Shown: piece by piece, positions 12,957 through 23,065 of the stretch | How positions within the stretch are numbered: the first letter of the stretch is position 1 | How the letters are laid out: each line of letters opens with the position of its first letter | Origin: Candidatus Gottesmanbacteria bacterium | Lineage (GTDB): Bacteria; Patescibacteriota; Microgenomatia; 2-02-FULL-39-11 | Assembly (NCBI GenBank): GCA_016186795.1 | Contig: JACPKY010000002.1 | Location: 90,593-154,592 of the forward strand | Direction of reading: 5' to 3' | DNA length: 64,000 nt | Translations under genes and position numbers: made by a program | The notes under the pieces: model-generated | Told to the model about the DNA's origin: nothing | Databases searched by the model: none | Seen by the model: only the letters and a program-made list of their open reading frames with translations

Positions 12957-14657
12957 ATGGACCTTGACCAAAAAATACTGCCAATTCTTATCAGTAAAGG
13001 GATTATTTCCCAAAGTATCGCCGATGAAGTAAAGCAAATCTCAATAAATACCGGTCTTTCCATTGTCGAAATACTCCTCAAGAAAAGCCTCATTGCAGAA
13101 GATGATTTATTAGCGGTGAAAGCCGAAATTTACCACGTTCCATTTTTGTCTCTCGTTGGTCGTGGAATTTCTCCTGAAATATTAACTCTCATTCCCGAAC
13201 CCGTTGCAAGGAAATACAAGATCATTCCATTTGAACTTGATCACCCAACGGATAAATTGAAAGTAGCGATGGTTGACCCTCTCGATCTTCCAACCGTCGA
13301 GTTCTTGGAGCAAAAGTCCGGAAAATCAATTTTCCCTTATCTTGCCAAAGAAGTAGAAATACTAGAAAAGATCGAAGAGGTCTATACTGCAGGGTTATCT
13401 GCAGAAGTCACAGAGGCGTTAAAAGATACCGCCGATTCCGAAACTGCTCGTCAAGATCCGAATCTTATTAATAAAATCATCAAGGAAGCGCCCGTTTCCA
13501 AAATTGTTGCCACAATTTTGGAATACGCCATGCGCAGTCGGGCATCTGATATTCATATAGAGCCGCATGAGACACGAACAAGGGTGCGATACAGAATTGA
13601 TGGAATTCTCCATGAACGATTAGCTCTTCCCAAGTCTGTTCATGAGGCGGTTATATCACGTATCAAAATTCTTTCCGATATGAAAATAGACGAGCGCCGA
13701 ACTCCGCAAGATGGCCGTTTCACATTTAAGTTCGGTGGAGATGAGGTTGACCTTCGTGTTTCGACACTTCCCACAGTTCATGGTGAGAAGGTAGTCATTC
13801 GTCTGTTAAAAAAAACCGGCGGTATTCCAGAACTTCCGGAATTAGGCCTCCGTGGTACCACCCTCAAAGTATTGGAAAACGCCATTACCAGACCTCACGG
13901 TATTATTCTTGTGACCGGTCCGACGGGTTCGGGAAAAACAACAACGCTGTATTCTGTTTTATCCCGTCTTAACACTCCGAAAGTAAATATTGTCACACTA
14001 GAAGATCCAGTCGAGTATGAAATATCGGGATTAAATCAAGTCCAGATAAATCCTGCAGCCGGGCTTACTTTTGCAAACGGCATTCGATCGTTTCTTCGGC
14101 AAGATCCGAATATTATTCTTGTTGGAGAAATCCGTGATGGTGAAACAACCGGACTTGCAGTTCAAGCTGCCTTGACGGGACATTTAGTTTTCTCAACACT
14201 TCATACCAATGATGCCTCAACTGCAATTCCGAGACTGCTTGATTTAGGGGCTGAACCGTTTCTTATCGTGTCAGTTCTCAATGCCGTTTTGGCTCAAAGA
14301 ATTACAAGAAGAATTTGTACGTTTTGTAAAGAGTCATACACTCCCCTTCCTGCAGTGATTACCGATATAAAACAGGTTTTAGGGAAACTTTTCCCAGAGG
14401 GGAAAGAGACGCCACTCTATCGTGGAAAAGGATGTAAGGAATGCAACAACACAGGGTATCTTGGAAGAATTGGCATTTTCGAGGCGATAAATGTCACTGC
14501 CTCCTTATCAAAAATGATCATCGAGCATGCCACGGCCGGACAAATTGAAAAACAAGCTCTTGAAGAAGGACTCATCACCATGAAACAAGATGGGTATCTG
14601 AAAGTGTTGGATGGGACAACGACAATTGAGGAAGTTATAAGAGTCGCACAGGAATAA
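12957..14657 (+). CDS. pilB: type IV pilus assembly ATPase PilB (GspE family)
   Basis: An N-terminal GSPII_E_N-type domain is present. The Walker A motif LVTGPTGSGKTTTLY is followed by Asp/His boxes and a tetracysteine motif CTFCKES...CKEC. Confidence 0.9.
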   Translation: MDLDQKILPILISKGIISQSIADEVKQISINTGLSIVEILLKKSLIAEDDLLAVKAEIYHVPFLSLVGRGISPEILTLIPEPVARKYKIIPFELDHPTDKLKVAMVDPLDLPTVEFLEQKSGKSIFPYLAKEVEILEKIEEVYTAGLSAEVTEALKDTADSETARQDPNLINKIIKEAPVSKIVATILEYAMRSRASDIHIEPHETRTRVRYRIDGILHERLALPKSVHEAVISRIKILSDMKIDERRTPQDGRFTFKFGGDEVDLRVSTLPTVHGEKVVIRLLKKTGGIPELPELGLRGTTLKVLENAITRPHGIILVTGPTGSGKTTTLYSVLSRLNTPKVNIVTLEDPVEYEISGLNQVQINPAAGLTFANGIRSFLRQDPNIILVGEIRDGETTGLAVQAALTGHLVFSTLHTNDASTAIPRLLDLGAEPFLIVSVLNAVLAQRITRRICTFCKESYTPLPAVITDIKQVLGKLFPEGKETPLYRGKGCKECNNTGYLGRIGIFEAINVTASLSKMIIEHATAGQIEKQALEEGLITMKQDGYLKVLDGTTTIEEVIRVAQE

Positions 14658-14658
14658 T

Positions 14659-15726
14659 ATGGACATTCAAGAACTACTTACCGTTGCGGTAACACGAAAT
14701 GCATCAGATCTCCATATTGTCAGTGGACATCTCCCCACGATCCGTGTGCAGGGAGAACTTCATCCCCTGGTCACGTATCCGGAGATTACAGCAGATGAGA
14801 TCGAGAAGATGGTTTTTTCTTTACTTACCGGTACCCAAAAAGATCTTCTTGTCACAAATAGAGAGTTAGATTTTTCCGTCGTCTATGAATTTGAAGGCGG
14901 TAGAACTGTCCGATTCCGCACAAACGCCTACTATCAGAAAGGAACGCTTGCTGCGGCATTTCGGGTCATTCCTGGTATTGTTCCTACACTTTCGGAACTT
15001 CATTTACCGGCCGACCTTATCGAATTTACAAAATTGAAGCAAGGATTAGTTCTTATTACGGGTGCAACTGGACAAGGAAAGTCAACCACACTTGCCTCAC
15101 TTATTAACGAAATCAATAAATCGCGTCGTGTCCACGTTGTGACGATTGAGGATCCTATTGAGTATGTCTATCCCAAAGAAAAGGCAATGATTTCTCAAAG
15201 AGAAATGTATGGAGATACGCACTCTTGGGCTTCTGCGTTGAAAGTAGTACTTCGCGAAGATCCCGACGTTGTCTTTATTGGGGAGATGCGTGATTTGGAG
15301 ACAGTTGCGTCAGTTCTCACGATTGCAGAAACAGGACATCTTGTTTTTTCCACCCTCCATACCAATACTGCGGCTCAGACGATCGATAGAATTATTGATA
15401 TATTTCCACCGGTAAAACAAGATCAGGTAAAGCTGCAACTTTCCATGGTTCTTGCTGGAACAGTGACGCAGCGTTTAGTACCTGGAGTTGACGGGATGAG
15501 ACTTCCGGTTTGCGAAGTGCTTGTAGGAACTGCCAGTATTAAAAATACCCTTCGTGAGGGAAAAACTCACCTTATTGATAATATTATCCAAACATCATCA
15601 GACGTTGGAATGCGACTTTTTGAGGAGGATTTGAAGGATAAAGTGAAAAACAACCTTATTACTCACGAAGTAGCACTCGAATACGCCTTTCGTCCAGATA
15701 CGTATCTTCAACTTATTGAACGCTAA
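14659..15726 (+). CDS. pilT: type IV pilus retraction ATPase PilT
   Basis: The Walker A motif ITGATGQGKSTTLASL and HLVFSTLHTNTAAQTIDRI are present. The protein is about 355 aa with no N-terminal extension, which fits PilT. Confidence 0.85.
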   Translation: MDIQELLTVAVTRNASDLHIVSGHLPTIRVQGELHPLVTYPEITADEIEKMVFSLLTGTQKDLLVTNRELDFSVVYEFEGGRTVRFRTNAYYQKGTLAAAFRVIPGIVPTLSELHLPADLIEFTKLKQGLVLITGATGQGKSTTLASLINEINKSRRVHVVTIEDPIEYVYPKEKAMISQREMYGDTHSWASALKVVLREDPDVVFIGEMRDLETVASVLTIAETGHLVFSTLHTNTAAQTIDRIIDIFPPVKQDQVKLQLSMVLAGTVTQRLVPGVDGMRLPVCEVLVGTASIKNTLREGKTHLIDNIIQTSSDVGMRLFEEDLKDKVKNNLITHEVALEYAFRPDTYLQLIER

Positions 15727-15735
15727 CTTACCTTT

Positions 15736-16935
15736 ATGCCACGTTTTAGCTACCGAGTGAAAGATCAACTAGGGAAGACAGTGAAAGGTCTTGTGGAGGG
15801 GAAATCGGCAAAACACGCTTTAAACCTTCTTCATGAACGGGGATTTTTTGTTATCTCTCTTAAAGAAGCGGGAGAACCATTTGCTATTCGAATTCACTCA
15901 TCGGGTATTTCTTTTAATGACCTTGTTCACTTCACCCGGCAACTTTCAACCATGATCACATCAGGACTTACCCTTGCTGATGCGTTGGGGATTTTGCAGC
16001 AGCAGATCAAGAAACCAAATCTTATTCGCCTCGTGAATCAGGTTGAGGATGATGTTCAAGGTGGGAAATCTTTTGCAGAATCATTAGAAAAGTACCCTGA
16101 TACATTTCCCCCGATTTATCTCGCACTGGTTCGTGCAGGGGAAGCGTCAGGAAAATTGGATGTTATTCTCTCAAGACTTGCGGATAATCTGGATAAATCG
16201 AGAGAGTTTCGAAATAAAATTCGCGGCGCACTCACCTACCCTGCTATCGTTGTTGGTGGCCTTGGGGCAGTATCAATCATTGTTATAACAGTGGTTGTAC
16301 CAAGACTTACCAAACTGTATACGGAATTCGGGGTAGAGCTTCCTCTTCCTACACGGATTCTGATTGCACTTTCAAATCTCATGATAAATTCATGGTACTT
16401 GGTTATTGGCGTCCCGGTTGTTTTCGGAATTCTTTTTCTTCGGTGGAAAAAAACAAAACTTGGACAAAGGATAGTCGCGCAAACTCTCATGCGGCTTCCG
16501 ATTCTTGGACCTCTTATTCGGGAATCAACGCTCGTTGAGATTACTCGAACGCTTGCCCTTTTGGTTGATGGGGGTGTTCCGATACTAACCGCACTTCAAA
16601 TTGCTCAAGATGCGACAGGGAACATTCTTTTTAAAGAAGCGTTTGCGGATGCAGCTAAAAAAGTAGAAAAAGGGTTTGCATTATCTGAGCCGTTTTCCGT
16701 TAATCCGATTTTTCCTCCAATATTGGGACAAATGGTTGCCGTTGGTGAACAGACTGGGAAACTCGGTGATTCTCTCTACAAACTTTCCCACTATTTTGAG
16801 ACGGAAGCAGATGCAGTTGTTAGAACCTTGACAACTATGATTGAACCACTTATCATGGTTATATTAGGCTTGGGAGTTGGGTTTTTAGTCATTGCAGTTC
16901 TTGTTCCAATTTATTCCCTGACAAGCAAATTTTAG
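15736..16935 (+). CDS. pilC: type IV pilus inner-membrane platform protein PilC (GspF family)
   Basis: The 399-aa ORF has two GspF-like repeats, each with a TM segment and conserved G..L.E.L blocks. Confidence 0.85.
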   Translation: MPRFSYRVKDQLGKTVKGLVEGKSAKHALNLLHERGFFVISLKEAGEPFAIRIHSSGISFNDLVHFTRQLSTMITSGLTLADALGILQQQIKKPNLIRLVNQVEDDVQGGKSFAESLEKYPDTFPPIYLALVRAGEASGKLDVILSRLADNLDKSREFRNKIRGALTYPAIVVGGLGAVSIIVITVVVPRLTKLYTEFGVELPLPTRILIALSNLMINSWYLVIGVPVVFGILFLRWKKTKLGQRIVAQTLMRLPILGPLIRESTLVEITRTLALLVDGGVPILTALQIAQDATGNILFKEAFADAAKKVEKGFALSEPFSVNPIFPPILGQMVAVGEQTGKLGDSLYKLSHYFETEADAVVRTLTTMIEPLIMVILGLGVGFLVIAVLVPIYSLTSKF

Positions 16936-16957
16936 ACTACTTTCTCTATGAGAATTC

Positions 16958-17560
16958 ATGAAAGGGGGTGAGAAAATTCAAATGAATAGGATAACATTGC
17001 GTGCCCGAGAAGGTTTTACCATGATCGAGCTCCTTATCGTTATCGCTGTTTTGGGTTTTCTTGCCGTGGCGGTTTTGTCTGCAATTAATCCAATAGAACA
17101 AATAAATCGAAGTAAAGATACAGCCAGTCGGTCTGATGCTGAGCAGCTAATTTCTGGATCGGACAGGTATTACACCCAGAAAGGGTATTATCCCTGGATG
17201 GGAGCTGTTGATGATGTAACAAACCAGTTTGCATTTAACAATGCAAGCTTAGTCAAAGTTGCGACAAATAATACCGATGTAAACCGAGCTTTAACTGCAT
17301 TATCAACCAATACCAGTGAGCTCAAAAGTTCATTTATCACAAGAATTACAGCAGGTGATTACAATCCTCTTTACTTTTTCAATCGAGGATTACAGGGAGA
17401 TAGTGTATACATATGTTTTCTCCCTAAATCGAAAGCATTTGTCGATGATGCATGGACGAGATGTGGTGGTGCGGGAGGAACAGGATTACCGACTGATCTA
17501 ATCCCTGCGAATGCTCAACTTTGTCAGAATGCAAATACAGCGTATGCGTGTCTGCCGTAA
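16958..17560 (+). CDS. pilA: type IV pilin (probable major pilin), class III signal peptide
   Basis: A prepilin cleavage/methylation motif REG|FTMIELLIVIAVLGFLAVAVL is present. It sits directly after pilBTC. The start may instead be the internal Met at 16982. Confidence 0.8.
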   Translation: MKGGEKIQMNRITLRAREGFTMIELLIVIAVLGFLAVAVLSAINPIEQINRSKDTASRSDAEQLISGSDRYYTQKGYYPWMGAVDDVTNQFAFNNASLVKVATNNTDVNRALTALSTNTSELKSSFITRITAGDYNPLYFFNRGLQGDSVYICFLPKSKAFVDDAWTRCGGAGGTGLPTDLIPANAQLCQNANTAYACLP

Positions 17561-17584
17561 ACGTATAACAAGGTATTAATAGTA

Positions 17585-19465
17585 TTAATAGTTTAGTCGA
17601 GCAGCGTCATAAAAGAAATTCGGATTATTCGTTTTTTGAAAGAGTTGGTAATAGATTGTTTGAAGCGGGTTCAAGTAGCCAGATGAGTGGAGAATAGTTT
17701 TGCCCACAAGATTTAATGAGAATGGAAGAGGATAAAGATGGCTTGCCCTTTTGAGAAGGTAGAGGCTTTGGGGCAAGTCATCTTTTTCTACGTAAAGATC
17801 TGAGAGGGTAAGGTAGAATTTTGGGGCAACGTATGGGTTTTTAGTAATTCTTTCCTCAAGAAAACGGATCGATTGGTTCACGTCTCCTTTCCCATAAACG
17901 ATAAGTGCCTTTTGGTAGACAGATTCGGCACTCTCCCCTTCAATAGTTTCCCTTTTTGATAGAGAGAGAAGAACCAAGTCGTATTGCCTTTTTTCCAAAG
18001 CGGTTGCGGCAAGCCAGGTATAGACGGTGGGATTTACAAAAAACGTGCTTTCACGGGTGAGGAGCGTTAAAAGTTTTTCTGTCTTTTCAATTTCACCTCG
18101 GACGAAGAACCGTTGACCTTGTTGCAAGAGAAAAGCGTTGAGGAGAAAGAGCATCGAGATAAAAAGCAGTGGGAGTGTCATAAGAGATAGTTTTTTCCCT
18201 TTGAGAGTGGTCATATCGCTCCTATCAAAGACTTTGGCTGCCAGGAAGTAAAAAAAACAAAGGATAGGAAATAGTTGGAAAGAAAACGAAATAAAAGTCA
18301 GAGGAAGATAGAAGACGATCGGAAGAAGGTATGAAAACTGAAGCGGAGCATTCTCTAAAATCGAAACTTTTAGTTGGAGAATCGCTTTTCGTCCCAGATA
18401 CAAAAATAAGAGCAGTTTCAGTACAAAAGGAAATAGTCCAGTTTCTACAAACGTGAGGAGTAACTCATTATCAAGAGAACTTGAAAATATCCACGGACGA
18501 TTAAGATTTTGCTCGTACAAACCAGCAAATGCTCCGATACCGCTGCCCCAGATGAAATTCTTTTGCAGGAGGTCGAAAGCAAACGCATACGCGTTCCCTC
18601 TATCGAAGTAGTGGTACTGGAAGAGGTGTGGAGCGATTTGATCGGGTATGAGTCGTGTACCAAACGAAGAAGTGATGTTTGGGACGATAAGCGTTAAAAG
18701 AAGGATGAAGAATAATATTTTCCTTACGAGAAATATTGAGGGTAATTTTTTCGGTTGGAAATATGAACGGAGGACAACAATCGTTACGGCAAAAAAGGAG
18801 AGGATTAAAAGTGGAATATACGCTCCAGTTAGAATCCAGGCAACCGTGATGAGAATGAGCATTCCAAATTGGATAAGTTGTAACGCAACTGTTGAGCGGG
18901 ATAAAAGATATCGAGAATATGCGATTGGGAAGGAGAAGAGAAAGAGAGTTGCTGCATTGGTAGGCCAGTTATACGGTAAGAGAAGTGGGATACTATGGGA
19001 GGAAAGGTTTCGACTGGTATACTCCAAAATCCCGATAAGTGCAAGGAGGGAAACGATCACGGTACAAGTTTTTATCGTCAAATCCTCTCCCCCATTTTTT
19101 ATACGAGCAAGGTTGTATGAAAAAATTACGATAAAAAAAAGTCCTGCTTGGGAAAGAAGGTCCAAAATCGGTTGGTACGATTGGCCAGTTGTAAGAGCAG
19201 AAATCAGACGAGATAGAAGAAGTAAGAAGATCACAAAAGAAAAAATTTTGGGTACAAAAAATTGTCTGTCTCGCGCAAGGACAAAAAGCGAGAGGAGCGT
19301 AAAAAGAAGGATTGGGATGCGGATATCATCACGCACCTGATAGAAAAACAGCTCAAAGGAAATTATACCGGCAAAAAGGATAGTTACTATTTTTTCTTTC
19401 TTGAACACGGATGGTATAGTATAGTGTAATTTATTCATTGAGTACAATGTCAATTCGTCCTCCAT
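17585..19465 (-). CDS. O-antigen ligase-like (Wzy_C) polytopic membrane protein with C-terminal TPR-like domain
   Basis: There are about 12 TM helices. The segment GSGIGAFAGLYEQN...SSLDNELLLTFVETGLFPFV resembles the Wzy_C H/DN..L....E.G..G motif. The C-terminal roughly 200 aa are helical and TPR-like. Confidence 0.55.
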   Translation of the reverse strand: MEDELTLYSMNKLHYTIPSVFKKEKIVTILFAGIISFELFFYQVRDDIRIPILLFTLLSLFVLARDRQFFVPKIFSFVIFLLLLSRLISALTTGQSYQPILDLLSQAGLFFIVIFSYNLARIKNGGEDLTIKTCTVIVSLLALIGILEYTSRNLSSHSIPLLLPYNWPTNAATLFLFSFPIAYSRYLLSRSTVALQLIQFGMLILITVAWILTGAYIPLLILSFFAVTIVVLRSYFQPKKLPSIFLVRKILFFILLLTLIVPNITSSFGTRLIPDQIAPHLFQYHYFDRGNAYAFAFDLLQKNFIWGSGIGAFAGLYEQNLNRPWIFSSSLDNELLLTFVETGLFPFVLKLLLFLYLGRKAILQLKVSILENAPLQFSYLLPIVFYLPLTFISFSFQLFPILCFFYFLAAKVFDRSDMTTLKGKKLSLMTLPLLFISMLFLLNAFLLQQGQRFFVRGEIEKTEKLLTLLTRESTFFVNPTVYTWLAATALEKRQYDLVLLSLSKRETIEGESAESVYQKALIVYGKGDVNQSIRFLEERITKNPYVAPKFYLTLSDLYVEKDDLPQSLYLLKRASHLYPLPFSLNLVGKTILHSSGYLNPLQTIYYQLFQKTNNPNFFYDAARLNY

Positions 19466-20532
19466 CTGTTTCAGTAGTTATTCTTAACCACAATGGAGGG
19501 AAAGTGACAGTTCGATGTGTAAAAAGTGTACTCGCATCCAGTTATCCGAATTACGAAATAGTTCTTATCGATAACGCATCGAATAAAAAAGATATTCAAC
19601 TTTTACGCCAGCATTTCCATACATATCCTCACATAACATTTATTCCTCACTCAGAAAATGCAGGGTACGCCGAGGGGAATAATCTTGGGGCTGCGGTTAG
19701 TCAGGGAAAATATCTCGTATTTTTAAATAACGATGCAATCGTACCATCAAATTTTTTAGAAAAACCCATAGACATACTTCGCAAAAACCCACACATTGCT
19801 TTTCTGCAACCAAAAATTAAATGGATGCGAAATCCCCGTTTCCTTGAATATGCAGGAGGGGCGGGAGGGTTCATGGATTTTATTGGCTATCCGTTTGTCC
19901 GAGGGAGAATTTTTGGCTCCCTCGAAGAAGATATTTCCCAGTACGATGATGAGCGAGATGTATTTTGGGCAAGCGGAGTTGCCCTCTATTGCCGAAAAGC
20001 TGTATTTGAACGCCTTGGACGCTTCGATCCATACTTTTTTACCCATGGGGAGGAAGAAGATATTTGTTTCAGAGCACACCGTGTAGGACTCAGAGTTGTC
20101 TATAGTCCATCGGTTGAAATATTACATATCGGGGCATACACCGGCAACCGAAATGTTGCCAGAAAAACATTTTACAACCACCGGAATCACCTTGTTTTGC
20201 TTTTTAAGAATTTAAAAATTCGGGAGTTACTCCTGGTTTTTCCAATTCGAATTGTCTGTGATATTGCTTCCCTTTTATACTATCTTCTCCATTATGGATC
20301 TCGGAAGACTCCTCTTTCAGTTATCGGCGCATATGTCTCTTTTTTTGTTGATTTTCCTCAAATCATCCGCGCTCGCAGACTATATAAAATCGGGAAATTT
20401 GGCTACCCTCAAAAGACAGGACTTATTTACCGTGGGAGTATTATCGTAGATTATTTTCTTTTTGGCAAAAAAAGATGGAGCGAGATTTTCAATCTTGCAT
20501 TTCCAAAAGGCAAAATCGCAAAAATTTTCTGA
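19438..20532 (+). CDS. family 2 glycosyltransferase
   Basis: SVVILNHNGGKVTVRCVKSVLASSYPNYEIVLIDNASN is a GT2 (GT-A) N-terminus. A DxD-like motif (LNNDA) follows. Confidence 0.8.
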   Translation: MSTMSIRPPSVSVVILNHNGGKVTVRCVKSVLASSYPNYEIVLIDNASNKKDIQLLRQHFHTYPHITFIPHSENAGYAEGNNLGAAVSQGKYLVFLNNDAIVPSNFLEKPIDILRKNPHIAFLQPKIKWMRNPRFLEYAGGAGGFMDFIGYPFVRGRIFGSLEEDISQYDDERDVFWASGVALYCRKAVFERLGRFDPYFFTHGEEEDICFRAHRVGLRVVYSPSVEILHIGAYTGNRNVARKTFYNHRNHLVLLFKNLKIRELLLVFPIRIVCDIASLLYYLLHYGSRKTPLSVIGAYVSFFVDFPQIIRARRLYKIGKFGYPQKTGLIYRGSIIVDYFLFGKKRWSEIFNLAFPKGKIAKIF

Positions 20533-22061
20533 TGTCAGGCATTACCCCCAAATCGTTTTCATACCGATCCTTGGCGCACCTATTCCTGCGTATGCTATTC
20601 TACCTTTGGCTTTTTGGAATCTTTTTCTCTTTATCATTTGCACTCGTCTATGATCCAGACTTTGGGTGGCATATCAGGTACGGGAAAGAAATTGTTGAAA
20701 AGAATCGTATTTTAACGGTCGATACATTCACCCATACAATTTCTGGAAATCCGCTTGTCGATAATGAATGGTTAAGTGAAGCTATTTTTTATCTACTATT
20801 CACAAACTTTTCATTTTTCGGTCTCTCATTTTTTGTTGCCGGTATAACCGCACTTGCATTATTTATCCCTATTGCGGGAATTTCGGGTCGCTGGGAAATA
20901 AAAAGTCTCCTTGCCATTCTTTCTCTCATCGGTTCAAATTCGTTTCTCCGGGTTGGTCCTCGTCCTCAAAATTTTACCCTCCTCTTGTTTTCACTGTTAT
21001 ATCTTTGTCTCCTTTATTATTCTGAGTCGAAGAAAGTGCGATTTATAGTTTTCCTTCCATTTTTACTACTCCTCTGGGCAAATATGCACCCGGGATACAT
21101 GTTGGGAATTGGTGTCATTGTACTTTTTATTGTGGCAGAATTGTTCCGTACTATTCTGGAAAGCCGTAAAAGAAAAAATGGTTCTTTACGCTATATTTTC
21201 CCTCTATGTCTTGTACTTATCTTTTCCGTACTCTTTTCAATGGTCCGACCATATAGCGAAAAAGTCACTGGTCCTTCCGGCAGTTTACTTCAAGCAATTT
21301 TTCTCCCTGCAAAACTCGCATCGGAAACATCTATCATTGGGACCGTACGGACATCGATCTCTGAATGGTTACCACCAATTCTTGTTGACATACCAGGGAC
21401 TCTCCTTCTTTTTGGAGTTATTGCTGTTGTTGGCCTGTTTGCACTCAAAAATTTTACTTCCAGAGACGTTGTTCCCCTTATTCTTATTTCATTTTTCGTC
21501 TACTTTGCCACTTTATCTCGAAGAAATACACCATTTTTCTTTTTAGGAATTTCTCCAATAGTTCTTCTCTCATTCAAAAAATACATAAACGAATTCATTG
21601 CTTGGAAAGGTGTAAAAGTTGGCATCATCGTCCTTATGGTTGGCGTTACATGGAATGCAGTTACGCGTTTGAATGAAAATATTTCTTTGGTGAGGGCTGT
21701 CGAAAAAAAAGATACGCTCTATTGTCAGACGCTCAACTATCCTTGCGGCGCAATTGAGTATATCCGGCGAACGAAACCATCCGGAAACCTGTACAATTTT
21801 TATACGTGGGGTGGATACCTTGACTTGGTACTCCCCGAATACCCCGTTTTTATTGACGGTCGTATCCCTGGTTCAATACTGTATGAAGAATTTGAGAGAG
21901 TGTTTACTCTCCACAAGAGTTGGGAAGAAATACTAACAAAGTACCATGTGAATATCATCCTTATACCTCGGCATAGATTATTTGAAGAGCTTGTCACTCA
22001 TGATGGGAAATGGAAGATTGCCTACACGGATGATAGTTCTGTTGTTCTTGTAAGAAATTGA
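20532..22061 (+). CDS. polytopic membrane protein, possibly GT-C-type glycosyltransferase
   Basis: I chose the start at the ATG overlapping the GT2 stop (TGATG). There are about 11 TM helices, an early periplasmic-loop acidic motif (YDPDFGWH) and a C-terminal soluble domain. No firm family assignment. Confidence 0.4.
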   Translation: MSGITPKSFSYRSLAHLFLRMLFYLWLFGIFFSLSFALVYDPDFGWHIRYGKEIVEKNRILTVDTFTHTISGNPLVDNEWLSEAIFYLLFTNFSFFGLSFFVAGITALALFIPIAGISGRWEIKSLLAILSLIGSNSFLRVGPRPQNFTLLLFSLLYLCLLYYSESKKVRFIVFLPFLLLLWANMHPGYMLGIGVIVLFIVAELFRTILESRKRKNGSLRYIFPLCLVLIFSVLFSMVRPYSEKVTGPSGSLLQAIFLPAKLASETSIIGTVRTSISEWLPPILVDIPGTLLLFGVIAVVGLFALKNFTSRDVVPLILISFFVYFATLSRRNTPFFFLGISPIVLLSFKKYINEFIAWKGVKVGIIVLMVGVTWNAVTRLNENISLVRAVEKKDTLYCQTLNYPCGAIEYIRRTKPSGNLYNFYTWGGYLDLVLPEYPVFIDGRIPGSILYEEFERVFTLHKSWEEILTKYHVNIILIPRHRLFEELVTHDGKWKIAYTDDSSVVLVRN

Positions 22062-22062
22062 G

Positions 22063-23058
22063 ATGAAAAAGAAGACCATTTGTTTTGTTGTCTGGAATAC
22101 CAAAAAAAGTGGAGGGCTTGCAGTTATTGCAAAACAGGCAGCGTGGATTGCAAGTCTTGGTCACAACGTTTCTGTTTGTACCATTGTCCCGGGAGATCGG
22201 AATCTTTTCCCCAAAAATATCCCTTTTTTTTCTCCTTTCCAGTTTTGGAACATGAGGAAGTTTTACGATATTGTCATTGCCACTTTCTGGCCGACTGCCT
22301 ATCTTTTACCATTCATAAACTCGGCAAAAAGGGTGTATTTTGTGCAAGGGTGGGAGCCTGGTTTTTCTAAAAATATCATCCTTTCAAGACTTGCCCAAGA
22401 AACATACTCTTTTCCTTATTTTACCATTACTGTTTCTCCGTATCTTTCAGAAAAACTGCAAAAGTACAAATCTTCGCATGTTCCCATCGTATCCCCTGGT
22501 ATTGATCGGACTTTCTTCCGTGTTAGGCCAAAAAGACGCCCAAGGCGTCCCTTTTGCCAAATATTTTCAGTTCTGTCAACCTACGATTATCCCAAAGGAG
22601 TCGATATACTTATTGACCTTGTCCGGAAAATTAAAAAATCATACCCATCATTTCGTTTCGCGTTAGCTTCTTATGAAAAGAATCCTCCAAGTCCTGATTT
22701 TGATGTTTTTTATACGAATCCGTCTCAAATGCTTCTTCGTCAGTTGTATTCTCAAAGTGATCTTTTCCTCCATACTTCAAGGAGCGAAGGTTTTCCTCTC
22801 CCTCCTTTGGAAGCGATGGCAAGTAGTTGTCCGGTCATTGCAACAGATTCCGGGGGGATTCGTGCGTATGCCAAGGATAGATACAACTGTTTCCTTTTTA
22901 ATCGTCCTGAGAAACTCATAACGGACAGACTTATCGAAAAAGTTTGGAACAATACAAAAACGCGTCGCTTTCTTATTCGAAACGCCTATCGTACAGCTCA
23001 ACAATTCAGCTGGGAGCATTCTTTGAAAGCTTGGGAGAAAGAACTTTTTCATTCATAA
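22063..23058 (+). CDS. glycosyltransferase family 1 (GT4-like)
   Basis: SRSEGFPLPPLEAMASSCPVIATDSGGIRAY matches the GT1/GT4 E-x7-E donor-binding motif. Confidence 0.75.
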   Translation: MKKKTICFVVWNTKKSGGLAVIAKQAAWIASLGHNVSVCTIVPGDRNLFPKNIPFFSPFQFWNMRKFYDIVIATFWPTAYLLPFINSAKRVYFVQGWEPGFSKNIILSRLAQETYSFPYFTITVSPYLSEKLQKYKSSHVPIVSPGIDRTFFRVRPKRRPRRPFCQIFSVLSTYDYPKGVDILIDLVRKIKKSYPSFRFALASYEKNPPSPDFDVFYTNPSQMLLRQLYSQSDLFLHTSRSEGFPLPPLEAMASSCPVIATDSGGIRAYAKDRYNCFLFNRPEKLITDRLIEKVWNNTKTRRFLIRNAYRTAQQFSWEHSLKAWEKELFHS

Positions 23059-23065
23059 TAGAGGT

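Noticed and set aside
18648-19340. A 230-aa plus-strand ORF (Arg/Lys-rich) inside the Wzy_C gene at 17585-19465
   Set aside because: It is antisense to a polytopic membrane protein and is a low-complexity basic translation of the complement of hydrophobic codons.
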